From an uncultured cyanobacterium (GTDB taxonomy: Bacteria > Cyanobacteriota > Cyanobacteriia > Cyanobacteriales > Cyanobacteriaceae), in the NCBI GenBank assembly GCA_963749915.1, contig CAVVOP010000032.1, positions 1-64,000 of the forward strand: DNA of 64,000 nucleotides, in the 5' to 3' direction. The position numbers were made by a program, and so were the translations under genes. Below are positions 10,790 through 21,322 of the stretch, piece by piece. Positions within the stretch are counted from its first letter, which is position 1. Each line of letters starts with the position of its first letter. Below the pieces are notes generated by a model, which was given only the letters and a program-made list of their open reading frames with translations, ran no database searches and was not told where the DNA came from.

Positions 10790-11071
10790 TTATTTACTAT
10801 AATAAAAAGCAATTTCTTTCCCTTTTAAAGGGGCAAAATCAGCATCAATTAACATCTGATTTAGCTCCTCTTGGGGTATATGTTTTGCTCCAATCCGAAC
10901 GATCCTTGATCGCATTGTGTTACTAACGCCACTGCGCTGTCTTTGTCCTTCTAAACCCATTACTTGGTTATATAAATCAAGTTTTGCCCCAGGGATTGCA
11001 GTGCCATCGAAATCGATTCCCTTTGCGATCGCGTGATCTACTGCGTCAGCACCAGTAGTGAAATTACTCAT
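10790..11071 (-). CDS. Ssr1528/DUF4090 family protein
   Basis: GADAVDHAIAKGIDFDG...RQRSGVSNTMRSRIVRIGAKH; ATG 11071 is the likely start. Confidence 0.8.
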   Translation of the reverse strand: MSNFTTGADAVDHAIAKGIDFDGTAIPGAKLDLYNQVMGLEGQRQRSGVSNTMRSRIVRIGAKHIPQEELNQMLIDADFAPLKGKEIAFYYSK

Positions 11072-11318
11072 AATAAGCCAATAGTAATTATACAAAATCA
11101 TATTCTATCACTAGGGACTAGATCACACCATTAAGTTTATGTTCTTTGGTTCGATTTATCCTTGGGTCAGTTAAATTGTGCTTAGTGGTCAATCAAACTT
11201 ATCCATTCTCGGCTAAATAAAATTTAGACCTGTTTGCCCTGTTAACAATTCTGGTATAATAGTGATTCGTGACTAAATATGCTAGCTATAAAAAATTTTC
11301 TATTGAATAGAGGCAAAC

Positions 11319-11777
11319 ATGGCAAAAAGATTACAACTATTGTTAAATAAAGACGTTAACAAATTGGGTAAAAGAGGCGACTTAGTTGATGTTGCTCCGG
11401 GTTACGCTCGTAACTATCTCGTGCCTCAAGGCTTCGGAGTATTAGTAACTGAAGGTATTTTACGTCAAGTTGACCAAAGAAGAGAAAAAGAAAGATTACG
11501 TTTATTAGCAATTTTAGAAGAAGCTAAATCTCGTAAAACTGCTTTACAAACTATCAATAACTTTTTGATTCGTAAACAAGTTGGCGAACAAGATGCTATC
11601 TTTGGTACTGTAACCACTCAAGAAGTTGTGGATATTATTAAACAAAATGCCGGCTTAGAAGTTGAACGTCAAGCTATCACCCTACCTGAAATCAAGAAAA
11701 CTGGCAAGTATCCAACAGAGATTAAACTTCACCCTGAAGTAACCGCACAAATTATCGTCGAAGTTGCACCACTTTAA
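11319..11777 (+). CDS. rplI: 50S ribosomal protein L9
   Basis: LGKRGDLVDVAPGYARNYLVP, IFGTVT, IKLHPEV. Confidence 0.97.
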   Translation: MAKRLQLLLNKDVNKLGKRGDLVDVAPGYARNYLVPQGFGVLVTEGILRQVDQRREKERLRLLAILEEAKSRKTALQTINNFLIRKQVGEQDAIFGTVTTQEVVDIIKQNAGLEVERQAITLPEIKKTGKYPTEIKLHPEVTAQIIVEVAPL

Positions 11778-11858
11778 AGAATGAAGAATGAAGTGATATA
11801 AACACCTTAATTATTATTATCATTATTATCATCAATAATAGTTTATTCTCTTCAATTC

Positions 11859-13322
11859 CTAATTCCTAATTAACTTCTGGCAGTTATCGCATTTACCGCA
11901 ACAAAAATTTGTCGGGGGGAAAAAGCCGAAAGCTGACAGTAAAAAACCCCAACGACAGGTTTTAGTTGTTAAATATTCATGGGTTTGTTGACCTAATTTT
12001 TTTTGTCTATTGATCAGTAATTGTATTGACTCATGGGTATTTCTAGGGGTTAACCGATAATGATAAGGGTCAATCCACCGCAATTGTTGGCTAGTATTAA
12101 GGATGGATAAATATAATTGATAGTTGGGATGAGTAAATTTTTTTGATAATTCCTCAATATTTCCCTCTGTGGGCATTTCCCTTAAAAATCTTTCGGCTTG
12201 TTGATAGAGTTTGATTTGTTGGTTTAAAAAATACTCTCTTCTCTGTTTATCTTCAGGATTTAACCAACCACTAGCTTCACTCATTAAAGTTATGGCTTCT
12301 GTCAGTTTTCCATCTCTGCCTCCTCTACCAATTTCTTGGATATATTCTGATAATAATAAGGGTGCTTGATAATGAAAAATCCATCTCAGGTTACTTTTAT
12401 TTATACCCATACCAAAGGCACAAGTACAAACCACGAATTTTATTTTTTCCTTTAGCCAATCGGATTCTATTTTTCTGCGGATGTTACTACTTAATCCCCC
12501 ATGATAGGCTTGATTTTGATACCCTTTTTGATTCAGCAAATTCGCTAATTCTTCACTATCTTTTCTCGTGCGCACATAGATTAAACCACTTTCCTTCTTT
12601 TTTCTCTCAATATATTTAATTAACTCTTGTTTTTTTCCTCTAGGTGTCCAAATCGTTTTTACTTGTATCTGTAGATTATCACGGTAAGGACTGATTAAAA
12701 ATTTTTCGGGATTGGATAGGTGTAAGGATTCGATGATGATTTTTTGGGTGTTAATGTCAGCCGTAGCAGTAAAACAAGCCATCGCAATTTTAGGATTCGA
12801 TGGTTTATAATTAAGCAAGAGTGGGCGAATGCTACCTAAACGTCGATAAGCTGGGCGAAAAGACTCTCCCCATTGCACTAAACAATGAGCTTCATCTAAA
12901 ATTAAACCGTTAATTTTTATTTCTGGGGTGCTGATTATTTCCCAGATTGGCGGAGAAAGTAAAGTTTCTGGGGATAGGTAAAGTAACCTTAATTGTTGTG
13001 ATTTTAACGCTGAAATGGTATTTTTGCCATCGAGTCTATTAATTTCGCTGTGTAAAATTCCAGCAGGTAAATTTTTCTCTCGTAATTCTTGTACCTGATT
13101 TTCCATCAACGCCACTAAAGGAGAAATCACTAAGGTTAAACCCTCTTGCAATAATGCCGGTAATTGAAAACAAAGGGATTTTCCTCCTCCCGTTGGCATA
13201 ACAATTAAACAATCTTTTCCTGTCAAAATTGCCTCGATAATTTCTGCTTGTGGTTTCCGAAAATCATCATAACCCCAGTATTGTTTAAGAGTTTTTTTAA
13301 ACCCTTGTATATCATTTTTCAT
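11859..13322 (-). CDS. recQ: RecQ family DNA helicase
   Basis: MPTGGGKSLCFQLP, DEAHC, FRPAY, AFGMGINK, QEIGRGGRDG, C-terminal CGKCDNC. Confidence 0.92.
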   Translation of the reverse strand: MKNDIQGFKKTLKQYWGYDDFRKPQAEIIEAILTGKDCLIVMPTGGGKSLCFQLPALLQEGLTLVISPLVALMENQVQELREKNLPAGILHSEINRLDGKNTISALKSQQLRLLYLSPETLLSPPIWEIISTPEIKINGLILDEAHCLVQWGESFRPAYRRLGSIRPLLLNYKPSNPKIAMACFTATADINTQKIIIESLHLSNPEKFLISPYRDNLQIQVKTIWTPRGKKQELIKYIERKKKESGLIYVRTRKDSEELANLLNQKGYQNQAYHGGLSSNIRRKIESDWLKEKIKFVVCTCAFGMGINKSNLRWIFHYQAPLLLSEYIQEIGRGGRDGKLTEAITLMSEASGWLNPEDKQRREYFLNQQIKLYQQAERFLREMPTEGNIEELSKKFTHPNYQLYLSILNTSQQLRWIDPYHYRLTPRNTHESIQLLINRQKKLGQQTHEYLTTKTCRWGFLLSAFGFFPPTNFCCGKCDNCQKLIRN

Positions 13323-13434
13323 CTCATCAACAATTACTTTTAAAAAATAATAATAGGTAAAAATGTCACGACCATAGAAATGTCCGAAAATTTTGAAGCC
13401 GATTATGTTGGGGATTAGTTAGACGTTTCTTTAA

Positions 13435-13910
13435 TTAAATCTTAGGTGATTTAAGCGTTGCCCATAGTAGTAAAAACCAGGGTACTTTAAGATTCGGTAT
13501 TAACCATACATATTTTTTCAGTGCAGGCAAAGTAAAAGGAATCAAAAAACGAAGAGAATGTAAAGAAACAGGACATTGACCACTCTCGTCCACAAGATGA
13601 TATTTTTCAGCAACCTCGGCCACAATCCGCACCTTACCCGTATGAGTCATGATATTTGCGTCCCTAGCAAGAGCTGCAATGGCTCTACCTGTCAATAAAG
13701 GAGTTTCCCAATTGTAACCATCACCAAAAGTTGTCTGAGCATTGCTTTGATCCATTTGATTGGCAAAATTAGTAATCTGCTCTGTTCCTACAATCCCTGG
13801 CCAAATAGAGATAGAAGCAATCTTATCTGGTTTTAACTCTACCGCCATATCTGCTGCCAAGCGATCGCTTGCCGCCTTGCCCGCACCATAAGCAGGACCA
13901 AATATAGACG
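13435..13910 (-). pseudogene. C-terminal fragment of an SDR oxidoreductase
   Basis: Keeps YGAGK (YxxxK) and WPGIVGTE but has no N-terminal TGxxxGxG Rossmann motif; upstream sequence is unrelated. Confidence 0.7.
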
Positions 13911-14265
13911 CACCTAAGTTGCGTTTGTATAACCCACAATCCCTTTTTATGCCTAAATCCAAGGATGTAAATTAAATGCGTCCAAGCTTATCGCTATAGA
14001 ATAAATTGGATCCAGCATAGCTAATGCCATTTAGCTGAGTACCACCAGTAAAATTAACAGGATTTGGATTTGTGCTTGTAATTGTAACTGCTTGAACAGA
14101 TGGGGTAAAATTACTTATGAGCATTCTGAAAAAAAATTGGTTACATCCCATTATGGGATGTAACACTCTTATTTATGAATAAATGCAACAAAATTGCTGA
14201 TTTTCTAGAGTGTTAGTAGGGATAATAGAAATAACATCAGTTAACACAGTAAAGGTATTTTGATT

Positions 14266-15162
14266 ATGCTTAGTTATGCTTATTTTCCAGGTTGTGTGGC
14301 TCAAGGAGCTTGTAAAGAGTTACACACTGCCACCATTGCCATTAGTCAAGCCTTGGGTATTGAATTAATTGAACTTAAAAAAGCCGCTTGTTGTGGATCA
14401 GGAACTTATAAAGAGGATTCTCAACTATTAGAAGACACCGTTAACGCTCGTAATATTGCCTTAGCCGAATCCCTAAATTTACCTCTTTTAACTCACTGTA
14501 GCACCTGTCAAGGAGTAATTGGTCATGTAGATGAAAGATTGAAAGAAGCACAAGAAAATAATCCTGATTATTTAGATAAAGTTAACGGCTTTTTGGTTAA
14601 AGAAAATTGCTCACCCTATCAAGGCACAACAGAAGTAAAACATATTTTGTGGGCCTTGGTGGGAGATTATGGATTAGAGGCTTTAAAAACAAAGGTAGTC
14701 AAGCCTTTAACGGGTTTAAAATGTGCCTCTTTTTATGGTTGTTACTTATTACGTGCGCAAAAAAACCTCCCCTTCGATAATCCCTTGAATCCTCAATCCT
14801 TGGAAAGTGTTTTTACCGCAGTGGATGCAACTCCTATTTATTATGAAGGTAGAAGTAAATGTTGTGGTTGGCCTTTGTCTAGTTATGCCACAAAACAATC
14901 TTTTCAAATGGCGGGAAAAAATTTGTCGGATGCGATCAATAGCGGTGCTGACTGCATCGTAACACCTTGCCCCCTTTGTCATCTCAATTTAGATTCTCGA
15001 CAGCCAGAAGTTGCGAAAGTTATCAATCAGAAGTTAGATATTCCCATCCTACATTTACCACAATTAGTGGGATTATCATTAGGAATTGAGCCGAGAAAAC
15101 TAGGTTTAAATAACCATGTTGTTTCCACTCAAAAAATCCTTACTAAACTAGGAATTAATTAA
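14266..15162 (+). CDS. Heterodisulfide reductase subunit B-like (CCG domain) protein
   Basis: [38 protein letters not shown]. Confidence 0.88.
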   Translation: MLSYAYFPGCVAQGACKELHTATIAISQALGIELIELKKAACCGSGTYKEDSQLLEDTVNARNIALAESLNLPLLTHCSTCQGVIGHVDERLKEAQENNPDYLDKVNGFLVKENCSPYQGTTEVKHILWALVGDYGLEALKTKVVKPLTGLKCASFYGCYLLRAQKNLPFDNPLNPQSLESVFTAVDATPIYYEGRSKCCGWPLSSYATKQSFQMAGKNLSDAINSGADCIVTPCPLCHLNLDSRQPEVAKVINQKLDIPILHLPQLVGLSLGIEPRKLGLNNHVVSTQKILTKLGIN

Positions 15163-15190
15163 CCATTAAAAACTAATAATTATCAATTAT

Positions 15191-15997
15191 TTATTTTGCC
15201 ATGATTTCCTCTGTCATCACTCTACCATTAGAGGGATATTTACTATTATGAAGATCATTTTGCTGTGACCGATTTCCTTGGGCAAAATTTCCTGCATACT
15301 GATTATGATTTTGAGGTTGCAATACTTCTAAATTAAAACGATAACCAACATTGCGTACGGTTTGAATTAAGTTAGGTTGACGAGGATCCAATTCTATTTT
15401 TTTCCTTAAGGATAACACGTGAGTGTCGATAGTTCTTTGATTTTCGATGGCCTCTGGCCATGCCCTACGCAACAATTCAGGGCGACTTAATGGTGTTCCT
15501 TGAGCTTGACTTAACACATATAGTAAACTAAACTCTTGGGGTGTGAGATCGATAAATTCTCCTCGAAATTCCACTCTTCTTTGTACTAAATCAATTTTTA
15601 AATCTCCAAAATCCAAGACAAGGGGTGCATTATTAACTCGAAAACGCCGTAATAAAGATTCTACCCTTCCCAAAAATTCTTGCATTCCAAAGGGTTTTTT
15701 CAGGTAATCATCTGCACCAGCTTTTAAACCCTTGACCACATCTTTTTCGGTTATTTTTGCTGATAACATTAAAATTAATGCTTGATGTGATTGATATAAC
15801 CATTGACAAAATTCTATACCGTCACCATCGGGCAAATCTGAGTCTAAAATGACCAAGGTGGGTGGATGAGTGGCTAAACTATTTTTTGCCTGTTGAATAG
15901 TACCGTATTGATGGGTGATGTACCCAACTTGCTGCAAATGCCATCCTAATAGCGATCGCAAATTAGAATTACCTTCAATAATAGATATATAAATCAC
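15191..15997 (-). CDS. nrrA: OmpR-family response regulator NrrA/Rre37
   Basis: IEGNSNLRSLLGWHLQQ, DLTPQEFSLLYVL, RTIDTHVLSLRKK match the NrrA sequence as I recall it; NtcA-type promoter upstream. Confidence 0.85.
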   Translation of the reverse strand: MIYISIIEGNSNLRSLLGWHLQQVGYITHQYGTIQQAKNSLATHPPTLVILDSDLPDGDGIEFCQWLYQSHQALILMLSAKITEKDVVKGLKAGADDYLKKPFGMQEFLGRVESLLRRFRVNNAPLVLDFGDLKIDLVQRRVEFRGEFIDLTPQEFSLLYVLSQAQGTPLSRPELLRRAWPEAIENQRTIDTHVLSLRKKIELDPRQPNLIQTVRNVGYRFNLEVLQPQNHNQYAGNFAQGNRSQQNDLHNSKYPSNGRVMTEEIMAK

Positions 15998-16028
15998 TTT
16001 AGCAATACCAATATCTCGTTAATACCTA

Positions 16029-16070
16029 AGTATAACAAATCAATTGTCAAGAAACTGTTACATTGAATAC
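16029..16070 (-). promoter_or_regulatory. Class II NtcA-activated promoter of nrrA
   Basis: Minus strand GTATTCAATGTAAC (GTA-N8-AAC, 16070-16057), then exactly 22 nt, then TATACT (16034-16029). Confidence 0.7.
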
Positions 16071-16124
16071 TTATATCCCATTCCCTAAATTAAAAAAGAA
16101 AGGATGCTCCATATTTGTTAAAAT

Positions 16125-16895
16125 TTACCCTTGTGAACTGTTACCTTTCCTCACAAAAAATTCTGAAACAAAACTCAGGTTAATTATTTCTTCTAATTCT
16201 TCATCAGATAATGATTGAATCACAAATTCACAGTTAAAATACTCCCTCGCCGCTTCTGTTAATGTTTTGATGATTATATCTAAGGACAGAGATGGTGGAA
16301 TCATGGTTTTAGGAGGTAGGGTGTTAAAAACTCGCTGAAATAGGTTTATATCTGGCTTTAAGAGCATTGAACCGTGTTGCAGGGTAAATTTGCCCTTTTT
16401 TAGTTGTGCACTGCCAATAAACTTATTTCCCTGAGAATCGACTAAATCCGCTTTTGTAGCTATTTTAAAACAATTAGGCGACTGTAAATAGGGCTTTTCA
16501 GGTTGTCCAAAATATAGATTAACCCCTAATTTTTGCCATCCTAAAATTAAAAATTGACAAATTTGCCGATAGACTTGATCTAAATTTCCTTCTAAATGGG
16601 ATGTGATGACGGCATAGGTTAAATCCCCTTGATGCAATACGCCTCTACCACCACTAGGACGCTTCACTAAATCTAAAGATTTTCCCTGATAGGTTAAATT
16701 TTGCCAATGACTGGGAAAATGATGTTTTTGACTAATTCCTAAAGAAATTGCTGCCGGATTCCATGTATAAAATCGGAGGACTGGGGGATGATTATTTTTT
16801 TGATGTTGCCTTAATAACCATTCATCGATAACCATTTGTAACTGTCCATGTGCGTCAAGTAAAGGTATAAAACGCCAAATTCTAGGTAAATCCAT
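16125..16895 (-). CDS. Lipoate-protein ligase A / octanoyltransferase family protein
   Basis: LRFYTW, KRPSGGRGVLHQGDLTYAV, KFIGSAQ, LQHGS. Confidence 0.88.
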   Translation of the reverse strand: MDLPRIWRFIPLLDAHGQLQMVIDEWLLRQHQKNNHPPVLRFYTWNPAAISLGISQKHHFPSHWQNLTYQGKSLDLVKRPSGGRGVLHQGDLTYAVITSHLEGNLDQVYRQICQFLILGWQKLGVNLYFGQPEKPYLQSPNCFKIATKADLVDSQGNKFIGSAQLKKGKFTLQHGSMLLKPDINLFQRVFNTLPPKTMIPPSLSLDIIIKTLTEAAREYFNCEFVIQSLSDEELEEIINLSFVSEFFVRKGNSSQG

Positions 16896-17037
16896 TATAT
16901 TGAAACTCTAAACACCCAATAAATCCGATGCAACCTTATCAGTCCCAGTCTTTAGGACTATTGTAAAGATTTATGAAAATATACTTGACAAACAGGGTTT
17001 CTTCTTAACTTCTCACCAATGGTAATTGCCAAACCGT

Positions 17038-17307
17038 CTATATTCCGGCGACAATTTGCCATTGGTGCAACTCATATTCAACACAACCATTTTTGACCAG
17101 AGGATCATTTTTGACAATCAACTCAGCTTCATCCCTAGAATCAGCCTTAAAGATCATTATTCCTCCCCCCAATTCCGCCCAATAGCCCGTTTTTGCTTCA
17201 TGACCGTCAGTAATTAATTGATTAACATAGGCAATATGATCGTCAACATACTGATCGAAAATTTCCTTAGAAACAATACCTTTTTCAATTTTCACAAACC
17301 AAGCCAT
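17038..17307 (-). CDS. YciI family protein
   Basis: MAWFVKIE...HIAYV...GGGIMIFKA...DPLVKNGCV. Confidence 0.85.
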   Translation of the reverse strand: MAWFVKIEKGIVSKEIFDQYVDDHIAYVNQLITDGHEAKTGYWAELGGGIMIFKADSRDEAELIVKNDPLVKNGCVEYELHQWQIVAGI

Positions 17308-17380
17308 GAGATAAAAGAGAGGCAAAAATATAAGACTAGAAGACTGGAAGACCAGGAGACTAAAAAGAAATTGCTAATTG

Positions 17381-17908
17381 TTAATATGCGTCTTGAAGTT
17401 CGTAAAAATCGGGGGAAATGTAATCTTTCCGTAAAGGCCAGCCTACCCAATCTTCAGGCATCAACAAACGTTTTAGGTTTGGGTGTCCTTCATAAAGGAT
17501 GCCATACATTTCGTAACTTTCTCGCTCTTGCCAGTCGGAGGCTTTCCAAATCCAGTATAAAGAAGGTATTCTGGGATCTTCTCGATGGAGATATACTTTT
17601 ATTCTCACTTCCTCAGGATTGGTGACATTATCGGCCACTTTGATTAGATGGTAAAAACTAACTAATTGTTTCCCTGCACCCAAATCGTAAGCACCTTGAC
17701 ACTGAAGATAATTAAATCCGTAGGCGTATAAGGCAGTGGCAATGGGAATTAAATATTCAGGTTCAACTTTAATTAATTCTATACCTAAGTGATCTTTTTC
17801 CAGGGATTGATGATCAAAACCGTTTTCGGTTAACCATTGAGAAGTAACACCTGCCTGAACTAAGGGTGCATTTTCAGTATTTTCGGGAGTATTATTAACC
17901 TCAGTCAT
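17381..17908 (-). CDS. ndhJ: NDH-1 subunit J
   Basis: [37 protein letters not shown]. Confidence 0.96.
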   Translation of the reverse strand: MTEVNNTPENTENAPLVQAGVTSQWLTENGFDHQSLEKDHLGIELIKVEPEYLIPIATALYAYGFNYLQCQGAYDLGAGKQLVSFYHLIKVADNVTNPEEVRIKVYLHREDPRIPSLYWIWKASDWQERESYEMYGILYEGHPNLKRLLMPEDWVGWPLRKDYISPDFYELQDAY

Positions 17909-17914
17909 TACTAT

Positions 17915-18655
17915 TTATGCCTCCTCTTTGGTGGTGGTGGTTTCTAAAACAGGAGAAACAGGTAATCCCATGGCGGCGGCTAATTCTGCAGGAGGATTAT
18001 TTCTAGTTTCACTACGCAGATATTTTCCTGTCAAAATTGGTTCAACTACTTTTAAGTTATGGGTTGTGGAATAATACCTATGAGTTTGACTTTGAATGGT
18101 ACCCCGTTGTTGTATGGATTCGTTAGCGACTTTTTTTCTTAACTTGATAATAGCATCGAAAATGGCTTCAGGACGAGGAGGACAACCCGGAATATAAACA
18201 TCCACGGGGATTAATTTATCAACCCCACGCACAGCTGTGGTGGAGTCACTGCTAAACATACCTCCAGTAATAGTACAAGCACCCATGGCAATGACATATT
18301 TAGGCTCTGGCATTTGCTCATATAAACGCACTAAAGCCGGTGCCATCTTCATGGTAACTGTTCCCGCAGTGATAATTAAATCAGCTTGACGAGGGCTAGA
18401 ACGAGGAACTAACCCAAATCGATCGAAATCGAACCGAGAGCCAATTAACGCCGCAAATTCAATAAAACAACAAGCTGTACCATAAAGTAACGGCCATAAG
18501 CTAGAAAGCCTTGCCCAGTTATGTAAATCATCAACGGTAGTCAGGATCACATTTTCTGATAAATCCTGAGTCACCTGACTTCTGGCCATAGGATTAAGGA
18601 TTTTATCTCTAGCTTGTTCTTGTAGTGTTGCTAAATCTGGAGTGGAATTATTCAT
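17915..18655 (-). CDS. ndhK: NDH-1 subunit K
   Basis: [28 protein letters not shown]. Confidence 0.97.
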   Translation of the reverse strand: MNNSTPDLATLQEQARDKILNPMARSQVTQDLSENVILTTVDDLHNWARLSSLWPLLYGTACCFIEFAALIGSRFDFDRFGLVPRSSPRQADLIITAGTVTMKMAPALVRLYEQMPEPKYVIAMGACTITGGMFSSDSTTAVRGVDKLIPVDVYIPGCPPRPEAIFDAIIKLRKKVANESIQQRGTIQSQTHRYYSTTHNLKVVEPILTGKYLRSETRNNPPAELAAAMGLPVSPVLETTTTKEEA

Positions 18656-18760
18656 AAATCTATTTTACGAAGATAGCATTGTCTCTATTTTAATAGCAAA
18701 TAAGCAAAAGGAAGAAGGGGAATTAATAATCAAGGTGTATATTGTTCCGTTTTTTATTGC

Positions 18761-19123
18761 TTAGGACCATTCTAAAGCACCTTTACGCCAAGCATAAACT
18801 AAGGCGATCACGAGAATGGAAATAAAAATCAGAGCTTCGACAAAGGCTAATAAACCTAAAGTATTGAAGGCTACTGCCCAAGGGTAGAGAAACACTGTTT
18901 CCACATCGAAAACGACAAACACCAGGGCAAACATATAATAGCGGATATTGAATTGAATCCATGCACCGCCGAAGAGTTCCATGCCAGACTCGTAAGTGGT
19001 ATGCCTTTCGGGTCCCCCTGTTTTTGGCCGTAGCAATTTAGAGGCCGTCAGAGCTAAAATAGGAACAGAACTACTAATAATCAAAAAACCTAAAAAATAT
19101 TCGTAACCACTGAGAACAAACAT
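18761..19123 (-). CDS. ndhC: NDH-1 subunit C (3)
   Basis: [31 protein letters not shown]. Confidence 0.97.
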   Translation of the reverse strand: MFVLSGYEYFLGFLIISSSVPILALTASKLLRPKTGGPERHTTYESGMELFGGAWIQFNIRYYMFALVFVVFDVETVFLYPWAVAFNTLGLLAFVEALIFISILVIALVYAWRKGALEWS

Positions 19124-19324
19124 CGTTGGATTATACTCCTTTAATAAATCAATTTATGAATTCCATCGGTTAAATCTTGATTTATTATACGAGCTTTATG
19201 CTAGAATCAGGCGCAGTTATTTTTTTTATCAACTATCTTAAGTATCATATCAGTGTGATTCCGATACTAATGTATAATGGTTGAATGTTTAATTACAATC
19301 TTATTTCTTTACTCCTTAAACACT

Positions 19325-21250
19325 GTGCCATCTACCACCATTAAACGAAAAACTAAGAATCAAAAACCTTATACTGCTACAAATTTTGTCACAGGGGTGG
19401 CTAAAGTAGCGGGGGGTACATTTCTCGGTTTAACCTTATTGAGCACGTCGGCCATCGCTGGAGGTATTGCGGGTTTAGCCATTAGTTTTCGCAATTTACC
19501 GGATGTAAGAGTATTAAATAATTACGTACCTTCCCAAACAAGCTATATATATGATGTTAAGGGTTTGTTATTAGCTACTTTTCACGGGGAAGAACATAGA
19601 ACCAGTGTGCCTTTAGACGAAATATCGCCACAACTCAAAAGGGCAGTTATGGCCATTGAAGATAGTAGTTTTTTCACCCATAAGGGGGTTAATCCCAACA
19701 GTATCGCCAGGGCGTTACTTGTCAATATACAAAGTGGGTCGGTGGTAGAAGGTGCTTCAACCTTAACCATGCAATTAGTGAAAAACGTGTTTCTTTCCCA
19801 TCAACGAACTTTTTCTAGGAAATTATCGGAAACAGTCTTAGCTTTGAGGATAGAACAAGTGTTCTCCAAAGATGAAATTTTAGAAATGTATCTCAATAAT
19901 ATTTATTGGGGTCATAATAATTATGGAGCAGAAACGGCGGCACAAAGCTATTTCAATAAATCAGCAGCGGATTTAACCTTAGCTGAAGGAGCGATGATGG
20001 CAGGAATAATTCAAGCTCCCGAAGTCTATAGTCCTTTTGCCAATTATAAACTGGCGAAGGAAAGACAGGCTATCGTACTTAACCGGATGGCAGATATAGG
20101 TTGGATTACTCACCAAGAAGCGGATAAAGCAAAAAAAGAACCTCTGTTAATAGGAAAAAGAAGGGCGTGGCAAAGCAGTAAACTACCTTATGTAACCGAT
20201 GCTGTCAAACAGGAATTAATAGAACGTTTTGGGAAAGATATCGTCACCAAAGGTGGGATTAACGTTCAAACAACTATCGATTATAAATTACAAACTCAAG
20301 CAGAAGAAATCGTCAAAAGAGCCCATCGAAATCTACGGAATTCAGGGGTTAGAGCGGATCAAGTAGCATTAGTGGCCATCGATCCTCGTACCCATTTTGT
20401 GAAAGCGGTAGTAGGGGGTATTGACTATGAGAAAAGCCAATTTAATAGAGTCTTAGACTCTCGTCGCCAACCTGGTTCAGCCTTTAAACCCTTTGTTTAT
20501 TACACAGCCTTTGCCACGGGTAAATATACTCCTTATTCCGTAATTCCTAACTATACAAGAGGTTTTCGAGAAGGAAGGGGGTATTATTATCCCCAAAACT
20601 ATGGTGGTGGTGGCGGTGGCGGATCTGTCAGTATTAATCATGCTTTAGCCACTTCTCTTAATATTCCTGCCGTAGTATTAGGGCAACAAATAGGTTTAGA
20701 TAAAGTAATCGAAGTTTGTCGTACTTTAGGTATTGAGAGCCCGTTACAGCCAGTAGTTTCTTTGCCCTTAGGTCCCATTGGGGTAACACCCATGGAAATG
20801 GCTAAGGCTTATGCTACTTTTGCAAATAATGGTTGGCAGTCAAATACAACTATGATTATGCAAGTTACCGATAGCTTCGGCAATATGATCTTAGACAATA
20901 CACCTAAACCCCAATTAGTCCTAAATGAATGGGCTACCGCCTCTTTAACAGGGGTTCTCCAAAATGTCATTAATGGGGGTACTGCTAGCAATGCGAATAT
21001 TGGAAGACAGGCCGCTGGTAAAACAGGTACAACTTCGGGAGAACGTGATGTCTGGTTTGTTGGTTACGTACCTCAACTTTCTACAGCAGTATGGATTGGA
21101 AATGATGATTTTAATCGTACTTTAGGAAAAGGGGTAACAGGGGGAGGTTATGCCGCACCTATTTGGCGACAGTTTATGACTACGGCTTTGAAAAATGAAC
21201 CGGTTAAATATTTTCCCTCCGTTTCTCAATTTACCCAACCTAAGCCCTAA
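19325..21250 (+). CDS. Class A penicillin-binding protein (PBP1A family)
   Basis: AIEDSSFFTH, GASTLTMQL, RQPGSAFKP, GKTGT; GTG 19325 is the probable start. Confidence 0.9.
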   Translation: MPSTTIKRKTKNQKPYTATNFVTGVAKVAGGTFLGLTLLSTSAIAGGIAGLAISFRNLPDVRVLNNYVPSQTSYIYDVKGLLLATFHGEEHRTSVPLDEISPQLKRAVMAIEDSSFFTHKGVNPNSIARALLVNIQSGSVVEGASTLTMQLVKNVFLSHQRTFSRKLSETVLALRIEQVFSKDEILEMYLNNIYWGHNNYGAETAAQSYFNKSAADLTLAEGAMMAGIIQAPEVYSPFANYKLAKERQAIVLNRMADIGWITHQEADKAKKEPLLIGKRRAWQSSKLPYVTDAVKQELIERFGKDIVTKGGINVQTTIDYKLQTQAEEIVKRAHRNLRNSGVRADQVALVAIDPRTHFVKAVVGGIDYEKSQFNRVLDSRRQPGSAFKPFVYYTAFATGKYTPYSVIPNYTRGFREGRGYYYPQNYGGGGGGGSVSINHALATSLNIPAVVLGQQIGLDKVIEVCRTLGIESPLQPVVSLPLGPIGVTPMEMAKAYATFANNGWQSNTTMIMQVTDSFGNMILDNTPKPQLVLNEWATASLTGVLQNVINGGTASNANIGRQAAGKTGTTSGERDVWFVGYVPQLSTAVWIGNDDFNRTLGKGVTGGGYAAPIWRQFMTTALKNEPVKYFPSVSQFTQPKP

Positions 21251-21259
21251 ATAAAAATG

Positions 21260-21293
21260 CGTACTTTATCATCAAACGTACTTTATCATCAAA
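21260..21293. repeat. Exact 17-bp tandem duplication
   Basis: CGTACTTTATCATCAAA twice. Confidence 0.9.
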
Positions 21294-21322
21294 ATAGAGA
21301 AAAAAAATTCTATTATTAGGAT

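Noticed and set aside
20603..20623. Poly-Gly tract in PBP1A as a contingency repeat
   Set aside because: Mixed codons and in frame; probably an ordinary loop expansion
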